Of a stretch of DNA of 59,601 bases, positions 1 to 13,640 are shown piece after piece. This DNA comes from Octopus bimaculoides (lineage: Eukaryota). Both the position numbers and the translations under genes were made by a program. Every line of letters starts with the position of its first letter. Position 1 is the first letter of the stretch. The notes beneath the pieces were generated by a model. That model did no database searches, was not told the origin of the DNA, and worked only from the letters and a program-made list of their open reading frames with translations. The stretch covers positions 127,335,960 through 127,395,560 of the forward strand of contig NC_068983.1 in assembly GCF_001194135.2 (NCBI RefSeq). Direction: 5' to 3'.

Positions 1-87
<87 letters not shown>
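1..87. repeat. (AAT)n microsatellite
   Basis: Perfect AAT run from the window start. Confidence 0.99.
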
Positions 88-608
88 GCGAAAGCCATGA
101 TGCAACACTTGGTACTTGCTCTCATAATTTATAATCTTAACTGATTGGAAGTGTCATTATGTACGTTGTTTTGCCTTGGTATAATAGGTTGGCCATAGTA
201 AATATTTTGCTTGATAAGACAGAATTGCATGTCAGTTGTTTGATCTTCACCAGTTGAGCATCTCACTTTGTGGTTGATGATATGAGCATTGCTGATCACG
301 AGCACTAATGGGGAAGAATCATAGCCATGTGTTGAGAATAATTATTTGGAGTTTCAATAATAATCCCCTGGTAACATGTGTGGTGTTTTTTAACATCCTA
401 AAACAATCCTTATTGAAGAACCCTTTGAGCTGTATGCAAGGTCATGGCGTTGTTTATCTTTGTATGAGAGCCCGATGTGATCCTCATATGTTTGTAATGT
501 ATGTGCCTGGTTTACCATTATGAAACGTGTAGTCATGATGGTTATACTGAGTTTCGAACATTTTGCTCAAGTTTCACTTTGATGGCAAGTACTGCTCTTT
601 CACTCACT
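88..608 (+). mobile_element. Non-coding interspersed element embedded in (AAT)n, copy 1
   Basis: Collinear by eye with the reverse complement of 25913-26470 (shared blocks include CTGATCACGAGCA, TGCAAGGTCATG, ACTTTGATGGCA and ACTGCTCT). AAT repeats flank both ends. Strand is arbitrary. Confidence 0.8.
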
Positions 609-649
609 AATAATATTCATAATAATACCTGTGGGTGAACGCATACCAA

Positions 650-1085
650 GGTTATTGATATTATAACACCTGGAGCTACACTCGCATGCACAAATAATAG
701 TCATTGTAACATCTGGAGATGCACGCAGAGGTGACAAAGACCTAGAAAAGATTTAAATATATAGGTTATTAAAAGACGAAATTGCAAGAATGAGTGCCCT
801 ACATCCCAGTAGATGTAGGGTACTCGGAGAACTAACAACCAAGTTCGAGAAATACGTGAGAGGATTCAAAAATGTCATGCAAACAGAACAAACAACCACA
901 AACTGAGATTGTTACTTGGTTGCTGAATGTATTATTCCAAGATAATTTTCAAAGTAGTATCAAAGCTTATTATCTGCGGAAAGAGATGCTGTGAGACCTC
1001 TGAGAACAAGCTGCTGTGCTCACTTACAGAATCAACCAGAGTAAATAAGACCGATCGCTCTGAGAAGTAAAGCAAAAACAATAAT
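650..1085 (+). mobile_element. R4/Dong-like non-LTR retrotransposon, decayed 3' fragment (restriction-like endonuclease)
   Basis: Translates to IDIITPG / IVIVTSGDARRGDKDLEKI*IYRLLKDEIARM...VGVLGELTTKFEKYV, matching the REL motif D...PGD..(K)E.EK..KY..L..EI...V.V.G.LG. Ends in an AAT-like tail. Confidence 0.7.
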
Positions 1086-1861
1086 GATAATATAGATAAA
1101 TATGTGTGTGTGCCTGTATGTATATGTGTTTGGATGTATGTACGTTTATATCATGTATATATATATATGTGTGCCTGTATATATATATATATATATATAC
1201 ACAGATATTAATTTTGTTATTGAAACTCGTGTCTGGAAACCGATATTATTGATACACGTACATGTTCAATTTCACTTCTTTATTATTATTCCCCAAAATA
1301 GTTACCTATTTATCAAAATAACTAATCGATTATTTGATTAATTATTAGTTTAATGAATCAAACAGTTGTGTTTGCTAAAGTACTTTCGTTGTCATTTGCG
1401 ATTTCTTCAGATACTTGACCTCTTAACTCCAGTTCAGTTTCAGATCTCACACGTGAAGCTGACCTGGAGGACTTTGGCACATTCAACTAATTAATTGATT
1501 AACTGAATAATTAATCAAAGACTCGAATATTTAGTTGGTTAAATACCTTACAAAGTGATGATTAATACTAAAAATTAGAAATCAGCCTAGTGTGTATGTT
1601 TCTTATTAGCATAATGACACTTTCAACTTGCAACCTAACACGCACATCCATACAAACACACACGTACGAGCGAACAGAAACACACAAGCACTTACACAAG
1701 CGCACACACAGACGTTCGCATATATACATGGATAAATATTGATATATTTATATATATGTGTGTATGTGTGTGTGCATGTGCGTGTGTGTGTATGTGTGTG
1801 TGTGTGTGTATGTTGTATGTGTGTGTGTGTACATTTAACAGTTTTCTTATTGCTTTACAGT

Positions 1862-1905
1862 AAAGGCGTGGCAGTGTGGTAAGACGCTTGCTTCCCAGCC
1901 TCAGT
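1862..1905 (+). mobile_element. tRNA-derived SINE head fragment
   Basis: GGCGTGGCAGTGTGGTAAGACGCTTGCTTCCC has an A-box-like head similar to 19912-19960. Confidence 0.45.
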
Positions 1906-2867
1906 TACAGGTTTACGCTTCTCAAAATCAGGAAGGTGAAATCTAATTTATCAGGTACACGTCATCTATGGAAGTGTGAAACTTTGTAAAAAATTCCAAA
2001 AGGTGTTAATTTAAGTACATATGCACATCATACGACATGCTAATGCCTAACAGTATATAGATGAGACAAAACGTACAAATATGCTCCATCTCCAAATAAT
2101 GAATGCAAATTCATAAACATGCACAAAAACCTTGTTGACGTTGTTTAACATTCTAGTAAAACAGCCCTGGATGTAGAATCGAATCCGGTACTCACTCCAT
2201 TGGCAGAACATATAAAAATAAAAGTAAATAGTAGCATACTTATATGCTATTCAAAGTATATCAAGGCAAATTCCTTTAAGATATACCAGTGAAACCATTG
2301 ATGGTTAGATACGTCATGGTAAACAACTTTTTATTCTGTGAACTATCATATCCGAAAGCAAAACTTCAAAACAACTATCCCATTAAGATAGACATGACTT
2401 GGATCAATAATAGCACAAAGCAATCTTGATTATTATGGATCAATGCAATAATGGTAATGATTTCCTCTCATATATTATTTGCAAACCCAGTTAAAACTTA
2501 ATTCGCAATATTTTATTTATATATTTATTTATTTTATTTTAGATGGAGTGACAGGGGTATAAAATTAATTTTTCAAATTTAGCTACAGTGTGTTTGCAAT
2601 AATAATGCCACTCGGCCCATTCACGGTACGCAGAATTGCTGAAAAGAATTTTCAAGTATTTCTTCAGTGTAAATGTACGTAAACATATTTATACGCACCT
2701 GGTATATACTCCCTGTATTGTGGAGCCCTCCTGCTCAATCATTATTCATAAAGAATTAATTTCAAAATATTTCTGAAATATTTACACACATGTTTAGCAT
2801 ATACTTCTCTATGTTTGTATGAATGCACACGCACAGAGCACACATATATTGTACGTATAGGAGGTGA

Positions 2868-2873
2868 TACACA

Positions 2874-2916
<43 letters not shown>

Positions 2917-2926
2917 NNNNNNNNNN

Positions 2927-2977
<51 letters not shown>
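2868..2977. repeat. (CA)n / N-gap / (TA)n
   Basis: Dinucleotide runs either side of a 10-N gap (2917-2926). Confidence 0.95.
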
Positions 2978-2979
<2 letters not shown>

Positions 2980-5045
2980 TTGTATCAATAACATATGACA
3001 GACTTTTTAGTTCTTTGATGTCTATTCTGTTGTAATTTATCTTTATTTTACTTCTGACAGAAGAAGCAGGAAACCATTTCTTTCACATTGTATTTGTATG
3101 CTCCTTCCTATCCTTCTTCCCTGAATCTTCAGTGTTTTTTTCTTTACTTTTCTTCTTAACTGCTACTCCTTTCCTTCTAGTCTGTGTATTTCTAGTTCAT
3201 AATCTTATGTCTTATTTTTAATGTTTTATCGTTATTTGGGCACTGATATTATCATTATTATCAATGTTGCTGATATTGCTTATGACGATCTCCTTATTTT
3301 CTCTTTGTTATATAGCTCTTCTGTTATTATTGCTTTTTTTCCTTGCTTTTCATATTAATATTAATACTTAAATGATTCCTAGTAAAGCTACCGCAATAGT
3401 TACTCCCATCATTAACATGTCAATTTTATCAGAAGAGCTTCAATAAATCTCCAACAAACAAAGGAAACACTATTGACAGTTAATCAATATTAAATAACTC
3501 TCTAGATATTCGATAGGCTAATTATCTAGGAACATTCACTCACAAAAAAGTGAAAAATACCATTTTCTTTCGCTACATTCTTAGGTTTGCTTCTCTAAGT
3601 AAATTCCAAGTGATTGAATAATTCTTTGTTTAGATTCGGTAACTTTGTTTCTTACAGACGTATAATTTTGTTCGACAAGCATTACATGCCTGTAGACACA
3701 CATAATACGCGAACACATACAATTACTTATAAGCGCAATATATACGTATACACATACATATGCACATACATACATACCTATATATATATATGTGTGTGTG
3801 TGTGTGTATACATACATAGATACGTACGTAGATACATGCATATATCCACGCATACATCGGCATGAATTGAGATATATGTGTGTGCATGAGTGCGAGTATA
3901 TGTGTAAACATATATAGACGCACGAATAGATGTAAATATACAAATATAATAGGAAGTTTTATTTAGAAACGGATTTGATATAAGCTTTAATTCAACATAT
4001 TTACATGTATCTTGTGTGTGCATTTAACTGATTGTCTGTGTATATAAATAAACAGGTATATAGATATTCAGGCATTATATGTATGTTTTTATTTTGTTTG
4101 CCTCTTGTGTTTATGTGCATAGGTGTATATGTATCTCTGTAAGTATGTTTGCCTGCCTGTATGTCTATATTTTTATGTATGTATGCTTTTATGTACGTAT
4201 ACACTAACACGCTTATATTTAGAATCACTTGTTTGAAAATGTTTTAATTCACATAATAGCTATTTATTTATTTGTTGATATACTCTTGTTTTCAACAAGA
4301 ATTGTCGGAACTTGCCAATGAATACATCTGCTATGTTTTCCGATAGATTGAATTCCATTTGAAAAGACTGCAAGACAGTAGTATAACAAGAGAAATTATA
4401 ATAGTACGCCAGCAGTATTGCCACCATCACCTTCACATCCACCATAATCACATCCACCATCGGCAGCACATCTAACAACAACACAGCTGCCTCCGTCATA
4501 TCCGCCAACCCAGTCAGCAAAAATAACACCACCGCCTTTCTAAATACATCATGTATACAATAACCAGACATGTAATCTGACGTTCTAATATAATGATTAT
4601 TTCTTCATAACATAACAACTTAGAAATTATTGAGATTATTTTTTGTTAGTGAAAATTGTTTCATAATAGTTTATTTCGTGTTTTATTGTGGTGTTTTGTT
4701 GTCGTAATATTTTTTTTTTATTTTTGCTTTTACCTTGTTCCACGTATCATTTTTTTTTTTTAGTTTCCATTTGTTTTCATATAGATCTTATTTTATTATG
4801 CTTTTTCGTAATTTTTTTCTCGCCTTGAAAGAATTAATTTTACAAATATCTCTGATCAGGAAATTGAATCAATTTCGTGTATTTTGTTTCCACTACATAT
4901 AAATTTATTTTAATATAATTTGTTATGACTTTTATGTCAGGTTTGGTTTGATTTTTGATGTATATAATTGTTAAAATTGTTAAAACTCATATATGATATG
5001 TTCCAAATTATTACCTACCACCTCGCACACGCACACAAACGCACA

Positions 5046-5087
<42 letters not shown>

Positions 5088-6011
5088 TATATATATATAC
5101 ATATATATATATTCATATATATATATTCTTGTAGACTACCATACATTGTATGACAATGGTAATATTGGGTTTAGAATAGATTCACCTGCCGTATTATATA
5201 TTTTACACCAACATACCTTCAACATACTATATGTTACAAAATAGTTCTCTCGTTCAGAAAATGTTGCACGACTAAATCCCGAACAGAAATACTGTTGGAC
5301 TCAACACTTCCACCACTACAAATCTCAGCAGCACAAACTTCTTAAAAAGTAAAGCCATATCTATTAGCATCAACAATAACTACCATTTTAAACACAACCA
5401 GGAATAAAAATTTATTAAACTTATGACAATCTTTATCATTATTGTCGTAACTAAAAAAAAATATCAGACTTGTTCAACAATATCGCAAGTTTTTCCGTTA
5501 TAGCATGTTTTGTGTTACGGTTAACATTATAGTCTTAAAATTTCGAGGCCTAGCTGGAGTCGGATTTTTGTACTTATTGTCGTGTAGTTAAGATATTCTT
5601 GCAATGTCAATGTCTTAAACGTTGTATGGGATTATTTTGCACGGAACAGGATTTTGGGTAGCTTGAGGAGATTTTACAATGGGTCTTCTTGATACCACGA
5701 TTATATATAGAAAAATAGGTGTGGCTGCTGATGCGGTAGGAGGATAAAAAGAACGTTGCTTGTCACAAAAACGGATATATAGACGGCTGAATGAATCCGT
5801 AAATCAATCGCATAATCTTAAGCAGAAGCCAAATGTATTTTCAAATGTTCAGTGTACATATTATAATAGACTACTAAAGAAGTAAAGCAAAATTAAAACA
5901 CGCATATGTAATTTATATCTCAGAAAAAGTAATTCTATGTATATATAATTTACTCAATATCAGATTCATATATACATGTGTGAATGCATATGTATTTGTG
6001 CGTGTGGGATT

Positions 6012-6012
<1 letters not shown>

Positions 6013-6088
<76 letters not shown>

Positions 6089-6100
6089 TTGTGTGTGTAT
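6013..6100. repeat. (GT)n microsatellite
   Basis: Long GT run. Confidence 0.95.
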
Positions 6101-7357
6101 GCGTTGATATTGAGAGATAGATAGATAGATATAGAGAGAAATAGAGGAAGAGAGGTAGAAAAGGAAAGAATGGAAAGTGAGAGAGACTTTTAGACAAATA
6201 TTGTGCACCTGACGTATGTTTCCATTTTCTTTTTATAATCTAAAATTTATGCATTATGCTAGACATATAAATAACGAAATTTTATTACAGGCAAAATATT
6301 CCATATAATCCATAGCAATTCAACAAAATTTGGTGATATATCTTACACGATAATATTTATGTCACCTCTCTATTGGATATATGTAAATTGCAACATTTTT
6401 ATATTTCACTGCTTATAAATCCATTACTGTTTCTCAGACGGTGATTTTTCCACGCAGTGTTTTGCAACATATTCTTCATTACTTTAAATATGAATTTGAA
6501 AGATAGTCTGGCATACTTCAATTAGTTTAAAATAAACACTTTATATATACAATTTATAAATACTTGGTGATGAAGTTGCCAACAACATTTGTGCTTGTCA
6601 AAAAGAAAAAAAGAAAGAAGTGATACATTAGCATCGAAAGACATACGACTAGCACTGTATGAATATGTGTATAAGTAGTATGTAAACGATTGTCTGACGA
6701 TCTGAATGTTGCAATAGATGTGTTTATATACACAGATACAGACGATTAAAAGTGTACGCGTGTGTAGATATATGGTAATTTATACGAGTGTATGTGTCAC
6801 TGTCTTTCAATTTGTATGAGTATGGATATTCTCATGTTTTTGTGCGTGATTCTTGATATTCCAAATCAATATGCCAGTTCATAATCGATAGTAATTTTAA
6901 AGACGTTAGTAATTAAATGTTTTTCATAGGCTCACTTACTTTGTTATATTGAAGGAGTACGCAGGTAGAAATCAAGATCGTTACATGACTGATACAAAAG
7001 CGTGAGTTGGTGACTGTGGAGCAAGTCTGTCGTTCCTTCTCCTCTGAAATAAATGTGAAGTTTAAATACTTACTGGTGCATTGAGGTTGAAGATAAAAGC
7101 AGCAACGAGACAAAGAGAAAATTATAAAAGAAAATCAAACAATTAAATTCATACTGAAGATCAGGTCGACAAGACATTTGTACGGAAGAACAGCAACTAG
7201 CTATAATGAATCTCAGAAGTATGTATGCTTTCTGTTGTACCCTATGGTAGTTGCTTTTGGAACTAGGTCAATGGCATAACTAACAGTATGAACGCCACAG
7301 AACCTGAATGCTCATCTCACACAACATTAATGCTAGTGGCTGTCTGAGGTATATCAG

Positions 7358-7384
7358 TAATGATAATAATAACAACAACAACAG

Positions 7385-7422
<38 letters not shown>

Positions 7423-7505
7423 ACACCACTACCACCACCACCAACAACAACAACAACAACAACACCAACAACAACAACAACAATAACAACAACAACAACA
7501 ATAAC

Positions 7506-7573
<68 letters not shown>

Positions 7574-7589
7574 CAACAACAATAATAAT
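7358..7589. repeat. Compound trinucleotide array AAT/AAC/ACC
   Basis: In-phase triplet runs; the source of the poly-N/T/L/I pseudo-ORFs. Confidence 0.97.
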
Positions 7590-7715
7590 TCTTTCTGCTA
7601 TGGGTACAAGTCCCGAAATGTGCGGGAGGGGACTAGTTGATTGCATCACTCCCAATGATCAACTGGTATTTAATTAATCGACACCGAAAGGACGAGAAGC
7701 AAATTCAGTCTGGGC
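7590..7715 (-). mobile_element. tRNA-derived SINE (Meta-domain-like family), 3' part
   Basis: TCTTTCTGCTATGGGTACAAG...CAACTGGTATTTAATTAATCGACACCGAAAGGACGAGAAGCAAA matches 13641-13815 and 50215-50420; (ATT)n tail in the sense orientation. Confidence 0.7.
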
Positions 7716-7734
7716 GGAAATCATACTAATAATG

Positions 7735-8450
7735 CAAGTACCTTGAGATGCTGGAGCTGGAAAACATCTCGAACAAAGAAATGAAAGACAAGTTCATCTC
7801 TGCATATTTCAAGCGTCTCAAACTTCTCTTGAAATCAAGACTCAACTCAAGCAACCTTGTGACTACCATCAACATATAGGATGTTGCTGTAGTCCGCTAT
7901 AGTGCACCCATCCCGAAATGGACACGAGCAGGGATTGACCATCTCGATCGCACTACCCGAAAGACAATGACAATGCATGGTGCCTTCCAACCTAAGTCAA
8001 ATTTACACAGGGTCTACATGAAGAGCGGTAAAGTTGGACGCGGTCTAATTAGCGTACGGGAGTGCATCAACAGTGAAAAAAGAAACATGGCAGAATACTT
8101 GGTAAACAGCAAAAAAAAAAAGACCTGCTACAGTATGCTGCTAATGAAGGACGTGTTAGCAAAAATGGACTTGAGAGTGCTCATGATTCCGATCAAGAAC
8201 GGCCAACAAGAGAGAAGACACCTTACTCCGCATGGAATTAGAGTCAATTCCACCGTGAAACCAACGAAGTAAAAGACCAGGAATAATCACGGAGGTGACT
8301 CAACAAGAGTGACCTAAAAAAAACAAAAACTGAAAGCGTAATCATCGCTGTCTAGGACCAGGCATTGAACACCAGCTCATTAGAAAAAGAATATATAGCA
8401 AACAACTGTAACCGACCTCTGCAGAATGTGTAGGAAGAGGGCCAAAAGTA
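7735..8450 (+). mobile_element. R4/Dong-like LINE fragment A (RT thumb to zinc-knuckle region), disrupted
   Basis: KRLKLLLKSRLNSSNLVTTINI*DVAVVRYSA...RKTMTMHGAFQPKSNLHRVYMKSGKVGRGLISV...ESVIIAV*DQALNT. Confidence 0.8.
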
Positions 8451-8479
8451 ATTGACCCAACCGAACTATATGATCTAAA

Positions 8480-10430
8480 AAATCGAATCACAATTGAACG
8501 GTTGAAAATTAAAGAAACCAGAATGAATAAACTTGACACTCTCCCCAAAACTAGCATCTCTAACCAAAGCCTGAAAGTAATTGGTAAAATTCCCCTTGCA
8601 CTTAAAAATATAATTTCAGCTAATGATGTTGAATATTACACATCACAACATCCTGTGCTATGCATCTGCGAAGATCTCAACGAATCTATGTGGCGAGAAG
8701 TTTAGAAAACAACAAAAGTCCTACAAAAAATCATACTTGGCAAGAGCTTATTCAACACTGAATTCAGCTACATAGAATGTTTAAAAAACCTTAAGTTAGA
8801 AAATATTTGAAAACCATACTTTACATCGATACTACCATATACACTATCAAGCAAAAGGTATGTGCAAAAGCAGCCCGCAGAAACAGCATCAAAAACGCGT
8901 TCGATTCTCTAAGTACACAGCATGCGAAAAAAGAACCCAAAAAGTTTTTAGAGGAAGATAGGGAAAATACCAGTTACAGTAAAATCCGTCCCATCAATAT
9001 AAGAAGTGCATGAATTTTGGAGTAAAATTTGGGCTGAAGAAAAATGTCAGATTAAATGTACTCTGGATTAATAGAATATATACTGATTGGACTAGTTAGA
9101 AGAGGAAAAGAGGGAGATTATTAAGTTAGAAAAATGGAAGTCTCCTAGAAAGGATAACATTCCTAACTTCTGGTTGAAAGCTTTTCCAGAGAGTCATTCA
9201 CTGCTAGTAAAATTTTACAACGATGTTTTGCAGCAACCTAGTATGATTCCATTTTGGTTAGTTAATGGTCAAACATTCCTACTTCCAATAAATGATGAAA
9301 CAAATGAACAAAAATATTATAGACCCATAACCTAGTTAACAACAATGTACAAAATACTAACATCTGTCTTGATTGAATACACCTATAGTCTTTTTAATAA
9401 AAAGTGGAGTAATCCCCAAAGAGCAAAAACGGGGTCCCTATAGTTGTAAATATCAGCTACTCATCAAAAAGATGATCTTGGAAGATTGCCTCAAACGACA
9501 AAAAAACTTGTCGATTGCCTGGGTAGACTATAAAAGAGCTTTTGATAGTCCACCACATGGGTGGATTCAGAAATGTTTCGAAATGTATATAATAGCACCT
9601 ACTCTGCGAAACATTTTGTCAGTAAATTTTAGATCATAGAGAATCATAGTGACTTGGAATACTGGTGATGTAAGAATTTCATGCTGCATTTTCCAGGGTG
9701 GCTGTCTATCACCACTCCTCTTTTGTCTAGCCTTAATACCTCTCTCGAAATTGCTCAATGATATACAATATGGCTATAGAGTATTTCATAAAGATATAAA
9801 TCATCTCTTGTACATAGATGATTTAAAGCTCTACACGCAATTGTTAAACTTTGTAGCAATTGTTAAACATTTCAGTACATTTATCAAAGGAAAATTGACA
9901 GAAACACCCAACGTTAATCTTGGCCAGCAGAATGTCATAAACGAGTTAGAACCAGCAGAGAGATGCAAATTCCGCGGGGTATTTTAAGGGTGATAGAATC
10001 GAACATTCAATGATGAGGGGAAGGATGAGAAGAGAATGTTATTGCAGGGTAAGGGCAATACTCAAGACAGAGCCGAATGCATGAAACAGGATCGAAACGA
10101 TCAATACTTTAACCTTCCGGTTGTGTCTTACACTTTAAATATCATTAACTGGTCAATTGTTGAAATATGAAATCTTGACAGAAAAATACGAAAATTGTTG
10201 ACAATGCATGCAATGCACCAAGAAAAGCCAGATATAGAACGATTTTACTTGCCAAGAAAAGACGGTGGCTGTGAACTTTTACAATTGGAATTAACAATGA
10301 AGATTGCTACAAATATGTTAAACACCTACTGGATGTTAAAACTTGTCTTAAAGAATGAGAACAAAATGCATCATACACAGCTTCCAAATACAACACATCC
10401 CGGAATTAGATGTACTAGAAACAAACACTA
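8480..10430 (+). mobile_element. R4/Dong-like LINE fragment B (pre-RT, reverse transcriptase, thumb), frameshifted
   Basis: FWSKIW; KWKSPRKDNIPNFWLKAF; EQKRG..CKYQLLI; IAWVDYKRAFDS; IFQGGCLSPLLFCLAL; HLLYIDDLKLY; TMHAMHQEKPDIERFYLPRKDGG. Confidence 0.9.
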
Positions 10431-10439
10431 CCAGAAGAT

Positions 10440-10795
10440 TCGAAGGTAAAACGTAAAGAAACAGAAATGAGTGAGATACACTAGCCACTGCGGGACGAGA
10501 TTGGAAAGTTATGGAGCATAAGGAAATTAATGGTGATACCTGTGGTAATTGGAGCATTAGGAGCAATTCCCCAGGGCTTTGAAAAACATATGAAGAATAT
10601 TAGAGCCGCTGTCAGTCTCGAGATGAACCAGAAGGCAGCATTGTTGGATATAGCTCGCATTCTAAGAAGAGTATTGTCTATTTGAGCCACAAGAGAAGGC
10701 ACTGCTTGAAACCTTTGGTGATTAGTTATAGCCTGCTTTACAGTAAAATATAACCGTAAATAAGTAATATCTGAGAATCTTTCAGGATAATAATA
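10440..10795 (+). mobile_element. R4/Dong-like LINE 3' end (REL C-terminus, stop, 3'UTR, AAT tail)
   Basis: LRDEIGKLWSIRKLMVIPVVIGALGAIPQGFEKHMKNIRAAVSLEMNQKAALLDIARILRRVLSI*, then ATAATAATAACAAC. Confidence 0.85.
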
Positions 10796-10822
10796 ACAAC
10801 AAGAAAAAAAAAAGAAGTTGAT

Positions 10823-10898
10823 GAAGAAGAAGAAGAAGAAGAAGAAGAAGAAGAAGAAGAAGAAGAAGAAGAAGAAGAAGAAGAAGGAGGAGGAGGAG
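10823..10898. repeat. (GAA)n/(GGA)n microsatellite
   Basis: Pure purine triplet run. Confidence 0.97.
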
Positions 10899-10902
10899 AG
10901 GT

Positions 10903-11140
10903 AGAATTGCAAGGAGAGACAACTCGCTGAAGATGACTGAAATAGAAAACCCGGTAGAGCTCCTAGTGAACGTTTGTCTCTTAGGGACAGCCAGGATTAT
11001 CAGGAGGATTCTGAACACTTGAATGACTGTTGAAAATTGTGCATATCTCTGGTTACATGTAGTCGCCCGCTACACACCTAATTCTTACCAGGAATAAAAC
11101 CGAACCTGAGCCAGGCCAAAATAATAGCAATAAATGCAAC
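10903..11140 (+). mobile_element. Second heavily 5'-truncated R4/Dong-like 3' end
   Basis: IENPVELLVNVCLLGTARIIRRILNT* (stop 11020-11022), the typical LLGTA.I.R.VL terminus; followed by an AAT-like tail. Confidence 0.7.
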
Positions 11141-11399
11141 AATAAGTGCGACAGCAAGAATAATGTTTTATTTATTGGACATATGGGGGTGGAAACAGAA
11201 TTTAGACAAATACAAAGAGAAAGTACGACTTAATTTTTATACTGCCGCCCCATACCAGTTATCACCATTTTAGGTTGATTCTGTTTTACCCCTTTTCCTG
11301 CTGATATAGATGTGGATCTCACTTTTACTGAGGTAGTTGTATTTGTTGTACTGATTCTCTTGCTGGTTTTGGTTTGTCTCTTGCTTGATATGCTTCTTC

Positions 11400-12200
11400 T
11401 TCGCCATTTCTGTTCTGTTGTTGTTGTTGTTGTCTGTCACCTTGGTTAAGTTACTAGGCATACCATCTTAATGAGGCATTACAATTGATGCTTACAAAAG
11501 TTCAAGATTTACGGTTCCAACTCATACATTCAACAACCCGCTCTATTTTTCATTCAGAAAGCAACCTCTTAGGTGCTGTTGCGTCTTCCTTGACTACATT
11601 ATATAGCCGCAGATTTGACCTGCTTTTCAATTGATGGTTTCTTTGCTGTTTGTTGATGGTGCTGGTGCTTCTGCAGGTGAGAGAGAAATTGTTACACACA
11701 CATCTGTCAGAGGAGAAATATGTTGCTGCACTTGTAGTGTCATTCTTCTAGTTGTTCCGTCATGATTGCAGCTGGTCTAGTGTTGAGTGTAGCAATGCAG
11801 TGAAACATGTTAATCTCGAACTATCCACTATGGAACACAGATATAAGTCATGGGTCTCCTCGCTTCCATAGCCATCAAGATTTGTTTGAACTCCTTGAAA
11901 TAACAGTTTGGGATGTCAGGAACTTCTTTCGAAGCAACAAAAACTTGGAACTCCTTTGATGTTTCCGTTCTATTCTGTTGGGAGTTGTACTACATATTTG
12001 TAACCACCACTCACTTAGCATTTAATAAGGACTCTTCCCTTTCAGGATATAGGATTTTGACCGCGACATGAGGCACACGATGACCCATGTAGATGAATAT
12101 CAATGCCGAAAAGTCGTAAGTTCATGTTGTCATAGTAACAGCTTCCTGTTCGCTGTCGCCTAGACTTACACTAAACCCATATATTTTCCTTCGGTGATAT
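11400..12200 (-). mobile_element. Probable L1/Tx1-like LINE ORF1 remnant
   Basis: The minus frame reads through stops as ...VPDIPNCYFKEFKQILMAMEARRPMTYIC, resembling the DIP..L.....I.V.V.GRRP.C motif of Tx1-type ORF1. Confidence 0.45.
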
Positions 12201-13214
12201 ATACTGTTCAAAGTTATATTTATGACAAACATGTTTTGATTTCGGCAAGTATTTGACTTACTTTCTATGCATTACATCCACTTGTAAATTATTCTCTTAT
12301 TTTTAATGCACACCAATTGTTTTTCTTTGGGTGATATGACGCCAGGGTGAACAATTAATTTTAAATTTAGACAATATCAGCTTTGCGTCACTTAAAACGA
12401 GAAATGCATTGACTTTGATGGGCGAAGTATGTTGTTTTTCATATTTATTTATCAGTTTCCGTTATTGCTCTTACTATTGTCTTAGTAGGTGAATTTACTA
12501 TTGTTATATTTGTTTTTTCCTTTTGTGATGGTGCTAGTGGTTGTGATTGACGTGTAGCCGGTAGAGTTGTTGGCGCTAGCAGATGCCGCAGTTTGTGTTT
12601 ATTTTAGTGTTGATCTTACCGCTGCTGGCGCCGTGGAAGTTGCACTTATTGCTGTTGTCGATTATTATATTATTGTTTTTGATTCTGTACTTTTGGTATT
12701 TACCATTTCCGCGACTCGTGCAGATGTTAGTGATCTTGTTTCTCTCGTCGTCCTCGTTGTATTTACTCTTGCTGTTTTGTTATATTCTTCTATTATTTAC
12801 AGTGGGAGTGGCTACAACTTCACACTTATACTCACTGCTGGAATTGCTACTGCTAAGGATATCTAAGCAACAATAGGAAAAAAGATGAATAGATATTCCC
12901 TCAAAGTCACACTTCCATATATTCTTGTGTGAGGTGTGAAACGATAACGTTAAGAGGGATATAAGTGCAAGCGTGACTTTCTGGTAAGGAGTTTCTTTCC
13001 AAAATGCATGATTCTGTGTTTAGTCTTGCTGCATGTCACCTTGAGCAGGTGACTTTTACGATAGCCCTGGGATTTCTAAGGCCTTTCAGTGAATTTGGTG
13101 TATGCAATCTAAAAGAAACCTGTCGTATATACATCGATACATACAATCATGCATACATATATATGCATATATGTAGGTGGTTACACACACGCACACACAT
13201 ACTCACACAAAAAA

Positions 13215-13258
<44 letters not shown>

Positions 13259-13317
13259 AAATAGTGGCACAACAAGGTAAGAGATTTGCTTGGAAATAAT
13301 AGTATCGTTGTGTAACA

Positions 13318-13348
<31 letters not shown>

Positions 13349-13538
13349 ATATGTATATACACACATATATATGTATGTAAGTGTGTGTAAGTGTGTGTAT
13401 ATCTACCAGCATCAATTGACAATGCTTCAAGGACTTTTAACAATACCTAGATACATCTGTAAGTGGGTGAGGTACGAGAAATTTAGGCAAAAAAGGTCAA
13501 AAGTTAAAAAAAAATGTAAAAACTAACGGCTATATTTC

Positions 13539-13539
13539 C

Positions 13540-13592
<53 letters not shown>

Positions 13593-13640
13593 TAATAATA
13601 ATAATAATGATGATGATGATGATGATAATAAGAATAATAA
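13539..13640. repeat. (AAT)n/(GAT)n array
   Basis: Direct observation. Confidence 0.95.

Noticed and set aside
1869-1882. TGGCAGTGTGGT, resembling miR-34
   Set aside because: It is the A-box of a SINE head and diverges after 12 nt
7280-7677. Four overlapping 100-112 aa ORFs (poly-L, N, V/I, T)
   Set aside because: Translations of the AAT/AAC/ACC microsatellite
12470-12876. Hydrophobic ~98-aa ORFs suggesting a membrane protein
   Set aside because: Decayed G/T-rich triplet simple sequence with no family motifs; the same applies to 4260-4571 and 53454-53672
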